This document shows, in pieces, positions 1 to 11,837 of a stretch of 64,000 nt of DNA. Under the pieces are notes generated by a model that did no database searches, had not been told where the DNA came from, and worked only from the letters and a program-made list of their open reading frames with translations. The first letter of the stretch is position 1. Each line of letters starts with the position of its first letter. Made by a program: the position numbers and the translations under genes. The stretch is from an uncultured bacterium (GTDB lineage Bacteria; Desulfobacterota; Desulfobaccia; Desulfobaccales; 0-14-0-80-60-11). The stretch covers positions 80,508 to 144,507 of the forward strand of contig CALEAV010000007.1 in assembly GCA_937943575.1 (NCBI GenBank), written 5' to 3'.

Positions 1-883
1 GCGTCTGCTGGAGGCGCAACTTGAACGGGAGGGATATCTGGTAATCACCGCCGCCAACGGCCGGGAAGCTCTGGAGCGCCTCAGCGGCCGTTTCTGCCCC
101 CTGGTGCTCACCGACTGGATGATGCCGGAGATGGACGGCCTGGAACTCTGCCGGGCCATCCGGGGGCGGGAGTGGGACTCCTACATCTACCTCATTCTCC
201 TCACCGCCCGGGACTCCCTGGATGACGTGCTCATGGGTCTGGAGGCCGGGGCCGATGATTATCTGGTGAAGCCGGTGCATCCCATGGAACTCTCGGCCCG
301 GCTGCGCACCGGCCGCCGCATCCTGGCCCTGGAGCGCACTCTCAGGGACCGCAATCGCGAGATCGCCCGGCTGGCGGTCACCGACCCCCTCACCGGAGTC
401 TACAACCGCCGTTATCTCATGGAGAATCTCCCCCGGGAGCTGGCCCGGGTCCGGCGCTATGGCCACCCCCTGGGGCTCATCATGTGCGACCTGGACCATT
501 TCAAAGAGGTGAACGACACCCTAGGCCATGCCGTGGGCGATGAGGTCCTGAAGGAATTCACCCGCCGGCTGGCCGGGCAGGTGCGCCAGGGGGTGGACTG
601 GCTGGCCCGCTGCGGCGGCGAGGAATTCGTGCTGGTGCTCCCGGAGACCGACCTGGCCGGCTCCCTGGCGGTGGCCCGACGCCTGCGTCACCTGGTGGCC
701 GCCACCCCCTTTGCCACCACCGCCGGGCCGGTGCGGGTCACCGCCAGCTTCGGAGTCGCCGCCCGCCCCCCGGGGGAAGCGGACTCCCCGGACGCCGAGG
801 CCCTGCTGGCCCGGGCCGATGCCTGCCTCTATCAGGCCAAGGCCGCCGGCCGCAACCGGGTGGCCGGTCCCGGGGGGAGATAA
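1..883 (+). CDS. Response-regulator receiver + GGDEF diguanylate cyclase (5' end outside window)
   Basis: Frame is open from position 2 (RLLEAQLEREGYLVITAANGREALE...). Receiver phospho-acceptor context LVLTDWMMPEMDG. C-terminal GGDEF signature RCGGEEFVLVL. Confidence 0.85.
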   Translation, partial: RLLEAQLEREGYLVITAANGREALERLSGRFCPLVLTDWMMPEMDGLELCRAIRGREWDSYIYLILLTARDSLDDVLMGLEAGADDYLVKPVHPMELSARLRTGRRILALERTLRDRNREIARLAVTDPLTGVYNRRYLMENLPRELARVRRYGHPLGLIMCDLDHFKEVNDTLGHAVGDEVLKEFTRRLAGQVRQGVDWLARCGGEEFVLVLPETDLAGSLAVARRLRHLVAATPFATTAGPVRVTASFGVAARPPGEADSPDAEALLARADACLYQAKAAGRNRVAGPGGR

Positions 884-960
884 GCCGGCTTGGGCGCCGC
901 TGCCCCCTGGCTCCACTGGAGACGGCGGGTCCGGCGGCCTCAGACAACAAGGAGGAGGTC

Positions 961-1290
961 ATGGCGGAGATCTTTCGGCGACATGAGGTGTTGGAGCGCC
1001 TGGAGGGGGATGAAGACCTCCTCCGGGAGCTGGTGGATATCTTCCTCACCCAGTCCCGGGTGCAGCTTGAGGAGCTGACGGCCGCCCTGGCGCTGGGAGA
1101 TGCCGCGGCCATCCGGCACCAGGCCCACTCCCTCAAGGGGGCGGCCGCCGGGCTGGGCGCCGAGGCCCTCAGCCACCGGGCCGCCCAACTGGAGCAGGCG
1201 GGCAGGGAGGGCGACCTGACGGCCGCTCCCGCCCTCCTCCAGGCGGTGCAGGAGGAGCTGCAGCGCTTTCAGCAAACCGCGGCCGTATAA
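961..1290 (+). CDS. Histidine phosphotransfer (Hpt) domain protein
   Basis: 109 aa all-helical protein with the Hpt motif HSLKGAAAGLGA. Sits between a response regulator and a hybrid kinase. Confidence 0.8.
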   Translation: MAEIFRRHEVLERLEGDEDLLRELVDIFLTQSRVQLEELTAALALGDAAAIRHQAHSLKGAAAGLGAEALSHRAAQLEQAGREGDLTAAPALLQAVQEELQRFQQTAAV

Positions 1291-1345
1291 CCGCCCGCCC
1301 CCGCGGGCAGGCAAGCTCGCCGGGATTCAGAGCGGAAAAGCAGCC

Positions 1346-3709
<2,364 letters not shown>

Positions 3710-4204
3710 AGGGATGCGAAGAGGGTGGGGGCATTGCCAGATTAACGGGTGCATGAGCCGGTCGTAGGAGCACCGGCCTGAGGAGTGGCAAAAAGGGAGG
3801 GGGTGGGGGCCTTCCACCTGCCCCATCTGTCTGTTCCATAACTGTGCGGCGCCGGCCTGGGCGGCGGCCAGGGGCTGGGGGAGGGGGAAGATACTCCGGG
3901 GCCGGGGAAAAGGGCGGTAAATACTCCGAGGGAAGGGGAAAGGGGAAAACTCCAGCTGCACGCCGCCGGGCGGACCAGGGCTGGGCGGGGGCTCAAGGAG
4001 GGCGAAGAGCCCTGCCCCCCATGCCTCACTTCCCCCCATGGAACGGTGACGGGCGAACCCCAGGGCGCCTCATTGGCCTCCCGCCGTAATGACCTCATCT
4101 GCCTGTTCCCCCTGAACGGGGGAGCCGGCTCCAGGCCCCCCTGCCGCCCAAGAGGTCTCCGGCGCACCGGCAGGAGGGGAGAAGCCACGGCTACCGGATT
4201 TTTC

Positions 4205-4233
4205 TTGACCTCCGCAGAGCTTCTCCTTAGAAT
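4205..4233 (+). promoter_or_regulatory. Sigma-70-like promoter TTGACC-N17-TAGAAT upstream of the riboswitch
   Basis: TTGACC at 4205-4210 and TAGAAT at 4228-4233 with a 17-nt spacer, just 5' of the riboswitch P1 stem. Consensus match only. Confidence 0.5.
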
Positions 4234-4240
4234 GGCTTTT

Positions 4241-4404
4241 GCTGACAGGTGCCCTCCGGGCTGAAAAGGGAAGCCGGTGCAAGTCCGGCGCGGTCCCGCC
4301 GCTGTCACCGGGGACGAAACCTGCATGGAGCCACTGCCCGTCCGGCGGGTGGGAAGGCGCAGGGAGTAGGATGATCCGGGAGCCAGAAGACCTGCCTGTG
4401 AGCC
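4241..4404 (+). promoter_or_regulatory. Cobalamin (B12) riboswitch aptamer
   Basis: Conserved core AAGGGAAGCCGGTGCAAGTCCGGCGCGGTCCCGCCGCTGT, B12 box GCCACTG, GGGAAGGC and AGCCAGAAGACCTGCC. P1 pairing GACAGGT...ACCTGCCTGT. Located 5' of a TonB-dependent receptor. Confidence 0.85.
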
Positions 4405-4491
4405 ATGGCGTCCCCCAACGAGGCATTGGGAACGGCGCCGCCGGGAGGCGTTCCTTCCGGCACCCCAGGGATCAAGGAAGCAGGGTGCAAT

Positions 4492-4525
4492 CCTTGGGTC
4501 CATCCGGACCCAGGGATTTTTTTTT
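4492..4525 (+). terminator. Intrinsic terminator (riboswitch expression platform)
   Basis: 10-bp stem CCTTGGGTCC / GGACCCAGGG with ATCC loop, followed by a run of 9 T (4517-4525), 60 nt before the btuB start. Confidence 0.7.
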
Positions 4526-4585
4526 CGGTCCGGTGGATCATGCCTCAGGAAATCTGCATTTCCTTCATTTCGCCTCTGGGAGGGC

Positions 4586-6634
4586 ATGATGCACAGACAG
4601 CTGCTGTCCGCTATGGTTTTCATGGTGCTGACTGCGGCCGCCGCCCTGACGGCAGGGATGGCGGCGGCAGAGGTCCAGGCCCTGGAGGAGATCGTGGTCA
4701 CCGCCACCGGCACCGAGGTGCCCGGTAAGGAGACCGCCACCTCCACCACTGTCTTTGTGGCCCCGGAGCTGGAAGCCCGTCAGGATCCCCGGGTGAGTTC
4801 CATCCTCCGGGAGGTACCCGGCGCCACCCTCTCTCAGACCGGCAGCCGGGGCGGCACCACCTCCCTGCTTCTTCGGGGAGGGAACAGCAACATGACCCTG
4901 GTGCTGTTCAACGGCTTCCGCCTCAATGACACCGGCGGCTTTTTTGATTTCAGCCAACTGACCCTGGACAACGTGGAGCGCCTGGAGGTGGTGCGGGGGC
5001 CCATGAGCTCCCTCTACGGCAACGACGCCATGACCGGGGTGGTGCAGCTCTTCACCCGGCAGGGATCCGGGCCGCCCCGGCTGACCGCCGCCAGCCTCTG
5101 GGGCGCCCATGCCGAGGGCCACAACCGGAACAACCTCATCAGCGAACAGCGCCTCAGTCTCCTGGGCTCCGAGGGCGTCTTTTCCTACTCCCTGGCCTAT
5201 GGACGCTATGATGACACCGGCATCCTGGACTTCAACAACCGCTTCGCCAGCAACGCGGTCAACTCCCGCTTTGACCTGGAGCCGCAGAAGAACCTGAAAT
5301 TCACCCTCAGCCAATACTATGTGGACACCTATTTCGGGTTCCCCACCTTCAGTGGCGACCGTTTCGACCCCCAGGAGAGAGGCGGCCTCGGCCTGGACCC
5401 GGATCAGAACCAGAAATCCCGGCTCCTACTCCTGGGCCTCACCACCCGCTACTCCCCCCTCCCCCGGTGGGAAAACGAGCTGCAGCTGGGCTTCCTCCAC
5501 ACCCTCCTGCGCTACCGCAACCCGGCCAACCCCCAAGAGGTCCTGTTCCAGACCTTTGATTTCTTCAGCCGGGACCAGGAAACCCAATGGACCGCCCACT
5601 ACCGCACCCATCTCTCCTTCGGGGCCAGGGAGCGGCTGGCCGGCACCACCACCCTGGGGGTGGAGCTGCGCCGCGCCCGCTATGAGGGCTGGAGCCGGGA
5701 CTGGGACTGGCTTTCCTTCTCCGGCTACCAGGAGAAAACCACCGTGGCCCACCGGGGGAGCATCACCTGGTACCTCCAGGAGCAGCTGGCCTTCCGGGAG
5801 CGTCTCTTTCTCAACCTGGGGGCCAGCCTGGAGGACAACCGGGCCTTCCAGAAGCTGGAATTCTGCCCCCGGGCCTCCGCCGCAGTGCGCTTCCCGGAGA
5901 CCGACACCACCCTGCGGGCCGCCGGCGGCCGGGCGGTGAAGGCCCCCTCATTTTTGGAGACCAACTCCCTCAACCCCTTCTTCCGGGGCAACCCGAAGCT
6001 GAACCCCGAAAAGAACGTCAGCTGGGAGGTGGGCGTGGATCAATGGCTGTGGCAGGGGCGCCTGCGGGCCGGCCTGACGTATTTTGAAAACCATTTCACT
6101 GATCTCATCCAGTATGTGCAGACCGGCTTCACCACCGGCACCTTCGAGAACATCGCCGCCGCCCGCACCAAGGGCATCGAGGCCTATATCCAGACGAAAC
6201 CCTATCGGGGGATGTCGCTGCGCGCCTCCTATACCCGCCTCACCCAGTTCAAGGTTCTGGATGACGGCGGCATCACCAGCATCAATATCATCACCGGGAA
6301 AAACCTCCTGCGCCGGCCCCGGGAGACTCTCAGCTTTGACCTCGGCTACGCCCGGGGACCGGTGGAGCTCAACTTCCACGGTCTCTATGTGGGAGTGCGG
6401 GAGGACCGCCGGCCCTCCTTCCTGCCGCCCTACTTTGCCGCCCGGGAGCGCCGGGGCGGCTATTTCACCGCTGACCTGGCGGCCTCCTACACCGTGCTCC
6501 AGGATTGGGGCCGCATCCGAAAGCTGCAGCTGCTGGCCCGGGCCAACAATCTCTTCGACCGGGACTACGAGGAGGTCTTCGGTTACTCCTCCCCCCGGTT
6601 CCAGATCCTCGGCGGCCTGCGCCTGGAGATCTGA
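4586..6634 (+). CDS. btuB: TonB-dependent outer-membrane receptor, BtuB-like
   Basis: Signal-like N-terminus, TonB-box-like EEIVVTATG, plug motif RLEVVRGPMSSLYGNDAMTGVVQLFTR, long beta-barrel-type C-terminal region. Downstream of the cobalamin riboswitch. Confidence 0.8.
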   Translation: MMHRQLLSAMVFMVLTAAAALTAGMAAAEVQALEEIVVTATGTEVPGKETATSTTVFVAPELEARQDPRVSSILREVPGATLSQTGSRGGTTSLLLRGGNSNMTLVLFNGFRLNDTGGFFDFSQLTLDNVERLEVVRGPMSSLYGNDAMTGVVQLFTRQGSGPPRLTAASLWGAHAEGHNRNNLISEQRLSLLGSEGVFSYSLAYGRYDDTGILDFNNRFASNAVNSRFDLEPQKNLKFTLSQYYVDTYFGFPTFSGDRFDPQERGGLGLDPDQNQKSRLLLLGLTTRYSPLPRWENELQLGFLHTLLRYRNPANPQEVLFQTFDFFSRDQETQWTAHYRTHLSFGARERLAGTTTLGVELRRARYEGWSRDWDWLSFSGYQEKTTVAHRGSITWYLQEQLAFRERLFLNLGASLEDNRAFQKLEFCPRASAAVRFPETDTTLRAAGGRAVKAPSFLETNSLNPFFRGNPKLNPEKNVSWEVGVDQWLWQGRLRAGLTYFENHFTDLIQYVQTGFTTGTFENIAAARTKGIEAYIQTKPYRGMSLRASYTRLTQFKVLDDGGITSINIITGKNLLRRPRETLSFDLGYARGPVELNFHGLYVGVREDRRPSFLPPYFAARERRGGYFTADLAASYTVLQDWGRIRKLQLLARANNLFDRDYEEVFGYSSPRFQILGGLRLEI

Positions 6635-6734
6635 AACCCTCTCACGTCCGATGACCGGGGGAGAGGGCTCCGGGGAACCGGCTCCTCTCCCCCAACCTTG
6701 CGTTCCTTGGAACATTCAGGCAGAAATAAGGGCC

Positions 6735-7625
6735 ATGGCGCCATCTTTCCTCCCTGGCCTTCTCCTGTGGGGGCTGGCCTCCCTGACCGGCCTGCTGCCG
6801 CCGGCGATGCCCGGGCAGACGGAGGCCTCCCCCCTCCCGGAGGCCCCCCGGCGCCTGGTGAGCCTGGCCCCCAGCCTCACAGAGATGGTCTTTGCCGTGG
6901 GAGCCGGCTCCCGGCTGGTGGGCGTCGACCGCCACAGCGATTTTCCGCCGGAAGCCCGGAATCTCCCCCGGGTGGGCTCCTACATCCATCCCGACGTGGA
7001 GCGGGTGGTGGCCCTGCGCCCGGACCTGGTCCTGGCGGTCCAAGACGGCACCCCGCCCCATCTCCTGGCCCGCCTCCGATACGTGGGCCTTTCCGTGCAC
7101 GTGGCGGATCCCCGCACCCTGGAGGGAGTGATCGCCGCGGTGCTGGAGGTGGGAAACCGGGTGGGGGCCCCGGAGGCCGCCCGGAAGCTGGCCGGAAACC
7201 TGAGCCGGCGCCTGGACCGGGTCAAAAGCCTGGCGGCCCGGGCGCGCCGTCGGCCCCGGGTCTTTTTCCAGCTGGGGGTGGCGCCCCTGGTGGCGGCGGG
7301 CTCCGCCACCTTCATCGATGAACTCATCACCACGGCGGGGGGAGTCAATGTGGCGGCGGGCGGCAGCCCCTACCCCCGCTTCTCCCAGGAGCAGGTCCTG
7401 GCCCTGCGCCCCCAAGTCATCATCATCACCACCATGGAACGGGAAGGTCTCTTTGAGGAGGTCAAGGCCGGGTGGGAGCGCTGGCCTCAGCTCCCGGCCG
7501 CCCGGGAGGGCCGCATCCACCTCATCGACTCGGACCTGGTGGACCGGCCCGGCCCCCGGCTCTTCGACGGGTTAGAGCAGGTCTTCCGCCTCCTCCACCC
7601 GGATCTGGCGACGGTCGGGCCATGA
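6735..7625 (+). CDS. btuF: Periplasmic cobalamin/siderophore-type ABC substrate-binding protein (BtuF-like)
   Basis: Start trimmed to ATG 6735 (MAPSFLPGLLLWGLASL signal peptide). RLVSLAPSLTEMVFAVGAGSRLVGVD is typical of class III binding proteins. Stop overlaps the next start (ATGA). Confidence 0.8.
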   Translation: MAPSFLPGLLLWGLASLTGLLPPAMPGQTEASPLPEAPRRLVSLAPSLTEMVFAVGAGSRLVGVDRHSDFPPEARNLPRVGSYIHPDVERVVALRPDLVLAVQDGTPPHLLARLRYVGLSVHVADPRTLEGVIAAVLEVGNRVGAPEAARKLAGNLSRRLDRVKSLAARARRRPRVFFQLGVAPLVAAGSATFIDELITTAGGVNVAAGGSPYPRFSQEQVLALRPQVIIITTMEREGLFEEVKAGWERWPQLPAAREGRIHLIDSDLVDRPGPRLFDGLEQVFRLLHPDLATVGP

Positions 7626-8614
7626 ATCTCCGGAGGCGGCTGCTGCTCACAGTGGCCCTGGGGTTCCTGGGCCTGGCTCTCAGTCTGATGGCCGGGCTGT
7701 GCATCGGCTCCCTGGGGGCCGGCTGGCGGGCCAGTCTGGCGGCCCTGGCGGGCTTGGGCGAGCCGGAGGACATCCTGCCGGTCATCATCTGGCACCTGCG
7801 CCTGCCCCGGGTGCTCCTGGCGGCTCTGGTGGGGGGAACCCTGGCCATGGCCGGGGTGGTCTTCCAGGCCCTGCTGCGCAATCCCCTGGCAGAGCCCTAC
7901 ATCCTGGGGGTGTCCGGCGGGGCGGCGGTGGGGGCCATCCTGGCCCTCCTGGCGGGCTGGGCCCCCTTCCCGGGGGTGACGGGCCTGGCCTTTGCCGGCA
8001 GCCTGGCCACCCTGGGTCTCCTGGTGCTCCTCACCTGGGGGCGGGCAATACGGCGCGCCGAGGGTCTCCTCCTCTCCGGGGTGATGGTCAACGCCTTCTG
8101 CGGCGCCGTCATCATGTTTCTTTTGTCTTTGACCCAGGATGCCCGCCTCCACCACCTGCTCTTCTGGCTCATGGGGGACCTCTCCCTGGCGGCGCCGGAG
8201 CACCTCCCCTGGCTGGCCACCGGGCTCATCCCCGGCTTTCTGGTGCTTCTGTCCCTGGCCCGCCCCCTCAATCTTCTGCTCCTCGGGGAAGAGACCGCCC
8301 ATTTTCTGGGGGTCAATGTCACCGCCATCTCCCGCCTGCTTTTGATTCTCACCTCCTTCTTGGTGAGCCTGGTGGTCTGCCACTCCGGGTTGGTGGGCTT
8401 TGTGGGGTTGGTGGTGCCGCATCTGCTGCGCCTGGTGGTGGGCCCGGATCACCGCCTGCTCCTCCCCGCCTCCCTCTTGGGGGGCGCCAGCTTCCTGGTC
8501 CTCTGCGATCTCCTCTCCCGGGTGCTGCCGGCCCAGGGGGAGATGCCGGTGGGGGTGGTGACGGCCCTTCTGGGTGCGCCGCTTTTTATCCTTTTGCTGC
8601 TCCGCAGCCGCTGA
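7622..8614 (+). CDS. btuC: FecCD/BtuC-family ABC permease
   Basis: Start trimmed to ATG 7622 (MNLRRRLLLTVALGFLG). Polytopic membrane protein with FecCD-type motifs (RNPLAEPYILGVSGGAAVGA; VVTALLGAPLFILLL). Confidence 0.85.
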   Translation: MNLRRRLLLTVALGFLGLALSLMAGLCIGSLGAGWRASLAALAGLGEPEDILPVIIWHLRLPRVLLAALVGGTLAMAGVVFQALLRNPLAEPYILGVSGGAAVGAILALLAGWAPFPGVTGLAFAGSLATLGLLVLLTWGRAIRRAEGLLLSGVMVNAFCGAVIMFLLSLTQDARLHHLLFWLMGDLSLAAPEHLPWLATGLIPGFLVLLSLARPLNLLLLGEETAHFLGVNVTAISRLLLILTSFLVSLVVCHSGLVGFVGLVVPHLLRLVVGPDHRLLLPASLLGGASFLVLCDLLSRVLPAQGEMPVGVVTALLGAPLFILLLLRSR

Positions 8615-8840
8615 GGCCTTCTCCCCTGCAGGTCTCCTGGGCATCCGCGGCCTGCGGGTGTCGGCCGGTGGTCCTGGCACTTCCCTTGACGGGCTGAGGC
8701 GCCGTCCTTCTCCCCGGCTCCGCCACGTCACCGGGCCCATGGGAGCACTTTTTGGCCCCCTACCTTGCCCCAGGAGAGCGGGAAGAACCCTGACGCTGCC
8801 CGGAGGAGGACTCCATCCTCGAGGAGCCGGCAGGAGGTGA
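8613..8840 (+). pseudogene. Decayed N-terminal stub of the cognate ABC ATPase (BtuD/FecE-like)
   Basis: Directly after the btuC stop, the frame reads LLGIRGLRVSAGGPGTSLDGL...VTGPMGALFGP. This resembles the usual LL.IRGLsV.yGG..vLdGvsl...Ge.vallGPNGAGKST but with Walker A destroyed. The ORF stops after about 75 codons, where the AT-rich promoter region of the next gene begins. Confidence 0.35.
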
Positions 8841-8945
8841 GGGGCAATTTTATTTTAGATATTCGCATAAACGGTTGCATAAATTAACTATGGTGATTAA
8901 ATTTGGGCTAAGATTCTCCCACGCCCAGGAGGACAGGTAGACTTC

Positions 8946-9731
8946 ATGTTTTATGCCATCTACGCCATTTATTTCGTCACCGGCATCCTGGCCGGGGTAA
9001 TCGGCGGATTGCTGGGCACCGGCGGCTGCGCCCTGATGATGCCGGTCATCCGCTTTGGCTTTCATTTCGACCCAGCCTTGGCGGTGGGAACCACTCTCAC
9101 CGCCGTGGTCTTCACCGCGGCCTCCGGAGCCATCCAACACTGGCACATGAAAAACGTGGATGCCGAGACGTCCCTCCTCACCGGCTACAGCGGCATCCTC
9201 GGGGTCATCATCGGCTCCATCATCTTCGGCTATCTGAAGCCTTATGGCGCCCTGATCGACCTGATTATCGGCCTGGCCTTTATCGTGGTGTCCCTGCGCA
9301 TGCTGTATGAAGGTCTGCTGGTGAAAGGGCCCCCACAGGCCGCAGGCACCGCCATTCCCGGCTCCCCCCTGGTCAAAACGGTGTTGGGCTCGGCCATCGG
9401 CACCCTCACCGGCATCATCGGCCTGGGCGGCGGCTACGCCTTGGTCCCCTCCTATATCTATTTCCTCAAGGCCCCGGTCAAGCTGGCCATCGGCACCTCC
9501 TTAGCCGCCTTCGTCTGGATGGCCTTGGTGGGCGCCATCTTCAAGTTGTACCAGCAGGTCGTGAATATCCCGGCTGCCGTGGCTCTGGGAGTGGGCGCCC
9601 TCATCGGCGCCATCTTCGGGGCCCAGCTGGTGGCCAAAATCAAACCCCACGTCCTGAAGGCCCTGTTCGGCTTGCTGTTTTTATACGTCTCCCTGAAATA
9701 CATCCTGATCTATTTCGGGATTCTCATCTAA
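8946..9731 (+). CDS. TauE/SafE (TSUP, DUF81) family anion exporter/permease
   Basis: 261 aa polytopic membrane protein with the duplicated GxxGGxxGxGGG pattern (GVIGGLLGTGGCALMMP; GIIGLGGGYALVP). Visibly lower GC than its neighbours. Confidence 0.8.
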   Translation: MFYAIYAIYFVTGILAGVIGGLLGTGGCALMMPVIRFGFHFDPALAVGTTLTAVVFTAASGAIQHWHMKNVDAETSLLTGYSGILGVIIGSIIFGYLKPYGALIDLIIGLAFIVVSLRMLYEGLLVKGPPQAAGTAIPGSPLVKTVLGSAIGTLTGIIGLGGGYALVPSYIYFLKAPVKLAIGTSLAAFVWMALVGAIFKLYQQVVNIPAAVALGVGALIGAIFGAQLVAKIKPHVLKALFGLLFLYVSLKYILIYFGILI

Positions 9732-10046
9732 CAGGCTCAGGAGCCCCAGCCAAGGAGAACTTTCCCGGCGGCCGCCGCTCCCTGGAATTGAATCTTACCG
9801 GTGCCCCTTGGGGCACCCGAAGATGGCGGCCGCCTCTTGGCTATCTCCCGATTGTCTTTCAGGGGGAAAATGGACAGGCCGAGGTTTGGCCGGACTTGGC
9901 TGGAAAGGTTGGCAGGAGGCGGAGGTGAGGAGCCAAAAAACTTCCCCCAGGGGCAACAAGCCCACCAGGGGCGGTTTGGGACGGCACCGGGCTGGCTCCG
10001 AAGGGGCGGAGCTGCCGTTAGCCGGTTGAGAAAGCGCAAAAAAAAT

Positions 10047-10120
<74 letters not shown>

Positions 10121-10131
10121 GCTCCGCTTTC

Positions 10132-10161
10132 AATATAGGGGAATTTCCGTCCCCTTGTCAA
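10132..10161 (-). promoter_or_regulatory. Sigma-70-like promoter TTGACA-N18-TATATT for tRNA-Gln
   Basis: On the minus strand, TTGACA (10161-10156) and TATATT (10137-10132), about 12 nt upstream of the mature tRNA 5' end. Consensus match only. Confidence 0.5.
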
Positions 10162-10424
10162 GGGGGGGGCGGGCACTTTCAGGCCCCGCCGCAGCGCTTT
10201 CCCATGGGCGTGGGTCCTGAGGTTTCCGGGCCCGAATCTGGGGTTGGGGTGGGTCGGGCAGAGGAGACTCAGGGTCTCCCCCGACAGCTCCCCTCTCCCT
10301 TCGCCTGCCCGTTCTTGCGGCGACAGGCTGACTTAAAATTACCTGCCGGGCCCGGCCGGAGTCTTCCCGACCCCTGCTCTCTCAGCGTCGCCCTCCCCCA
10401 ACTTTGGGGCACACCGCCGGCGGT

Positions 10425-11684
10425 TCAGTCGAACTTCTCGTCGAAGATCTTCATGGCGCAGAACCGACCGCACATGGTGCACTGGTCCTCTTTGGCCTGG
10501 CTCAGCTCCCGGTAGCGCCGGGCCTTGTCCGGGTCGATGCTGAGCTCAATCTGGCGCTGCCAGTCCAGGGCCCGGCGGGCCTGGGACATCCTAAGGTCCC
10601 AGTCCGCCGCCCCGGGGATCCCCAAGGCCACATCGGCGGCATGGGCGGCGATGCGGGCGGCGATCACCCCCTCCACCACATCCTCCACCTCCGGCAGCTT
10701 CAGGTGCTCGGCGGGGGTGACATAGCACAAAAAGGAGGCCCCCAGCCAGGCGGCGTAGGCCCCACCGATGGCCCCGGCGATGTGATCGTAGCCCGCGGCC
10801 ACATCGGTGACCAGCGGCCCCAACACATAAAAGGGAGCACCGTGACAGTATTTTTGCTGCAGGCGGATGTTCTTGGCGATGGCATGCAGCGGCAGATGCC
10901 CCGGCCCCTCCACCATCACCTGCACCCCGGCCTCCCAGGCCCGCTTTACCAGGGTGCCCAGGGTCTTAAGCTCATGGAGCTGGGCCCGGTCGGTGGCGTC
11001 CGCCAGGCAGCCGGGCCTCAGGCCATCCCCCAAAGACAGGGTGACGTCGTGCGCCCGGGCGATGTCCAGCAGCTGGTCAAAATGTTCAAATAACGGATTT
11101 TCCCTGCCGTGGCGGCGCATCCAGGCCACGGTGAAGGAGCCCCCCCGGGAGACCACCCCGGTGACCCGCTTCTTCAGATAGGGGAGGGCGGCCCGGGTGA
11201 CCCCGCAGTGGACGGTGACAAAATCCACCCCCTGCTCGGCGTGGTGGGCCACCATGTCCAGAAACCAGGAGGCCTGCACCTCCTCCAGGCTTTTGGCCTC
11301 CACCATGATCTGATAGATGGGCACGGTGCCGAAGGGGGCCGGGCATTCCCGGAGGAGGGTGGTGCGGATGAGGTCCAGGGGGCCGCCGGTGGACAGGTCC
11401 ATGACGGCATCGGCGCCGTGCTGCAAGGCTGCGGCCAGCTTGGCCAGCTCCTTGTCCAGATTGACGTCGTGGGGCGAGGTGCCGATATTGGCGTTGGTCT
11501 TGACCCTCACCCCCCGGCCGATGGCGATGGCCTTCAGGCCCTCGTGGTGTTTGTTGGCCGGCACCACCAGGCGGCCCGTGGCCAGACCCTGACGGATGGC
11601 CTCCGGTGCCAGACCCTCGGCCGCCGCCGCCTGCTCCATGGCCGGGGTGATTCTGCCTGCCAGTGCCGCCTCACGCTGTGTCAT
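10425..11684 (-). CDS. thiC: ThiC-family radical-SAM enzyme (phosphomethylpyrimidine synthase; BzaF-type paralog not excluded)
   Basis: 419 aa short-form ThiC: NANIGTSPHDVNLDKE, DLSTGG, TVPIYQ, FVTVHCG, and the C-terminal CX2CX4C cluster motif CTMCGRFC. Confidence 0.85.
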   Translation of the reverse strand: MTQREAALAGRITPAMEQAAAAEGLAPEAIRQGLATGRLVVPANKHHEGLKAIAIGRGVRVKTNANIGTSPHDVNLDKELAKLAAALQHGADAVMDLSTGGPLDLIRTTLLRECPAPFGTVPIYQIMVEAKSLEEVQASWFLDMVAHHAEQGVDFVTVHCGVTRAALPYLKKRVTGVVSRGGSFTVAWMRRHGRENPLFEHFDQLLDIARAHDVTLSLGDGLRPGCLADATDRAQLHELKTLGTLVKRAWEAGVQVMVEGPGHLPLHAIAKNIRLQQKYCHGAPFYVLGPLVTDVAAGYDHIAGAIGGAYAAWLGASFLCYVTPAEHLKLPEVEDVVEGVIAARIAAHAADVALGIPGAADWDLRMSQARRALDWQRQIELSIDPDKARRYRELSQAKEDQCTMCGRFCAMKIFDEKFD

Positions 11685-11808
11685 GCCGGTTCCCTTCCCG
11701 GGGCATCTCCCACGGGGCCGGCGCTGGCCGGCCCTGAAGGTAATGACTGTATTTTATTTTATCCGGAGGCGGCCATAAAAGGAAGATTCCCCGGGGAGCC
11801 GCAATCCT

Positions 11809-11837
11809 TTGCAGCCAAAGGGAGAATCGGGTAGAAT
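11809..11837 (+). promoter_or_regulatory. Sigma-70-like promoter TTGCAG-N17-TAGAAT upstream of dxr
   Basis: TTGCAG 11809-11814 and TAGAAT 11832-11837, 28 nt before the dxr ATG, which is preceded by GAGGCGGAG. Consensus match only. Confidence 0.45.

Noticed and set aside
6084-6734. N-terminal 217 codons of ORF 6084..7625, and similar long 5' extensions of ORFs 7472..8614, 29480..30502, 31917..32600, 32731..33696, 35059..36102, 37002..38396, 41031..42008, 47408..49243 and 58121..59230.
   Set aside because: The extensions overlap the preceding well-supported genes or have junk-like composition. Internal starts with an SD and family-typical N-termini were used instead.
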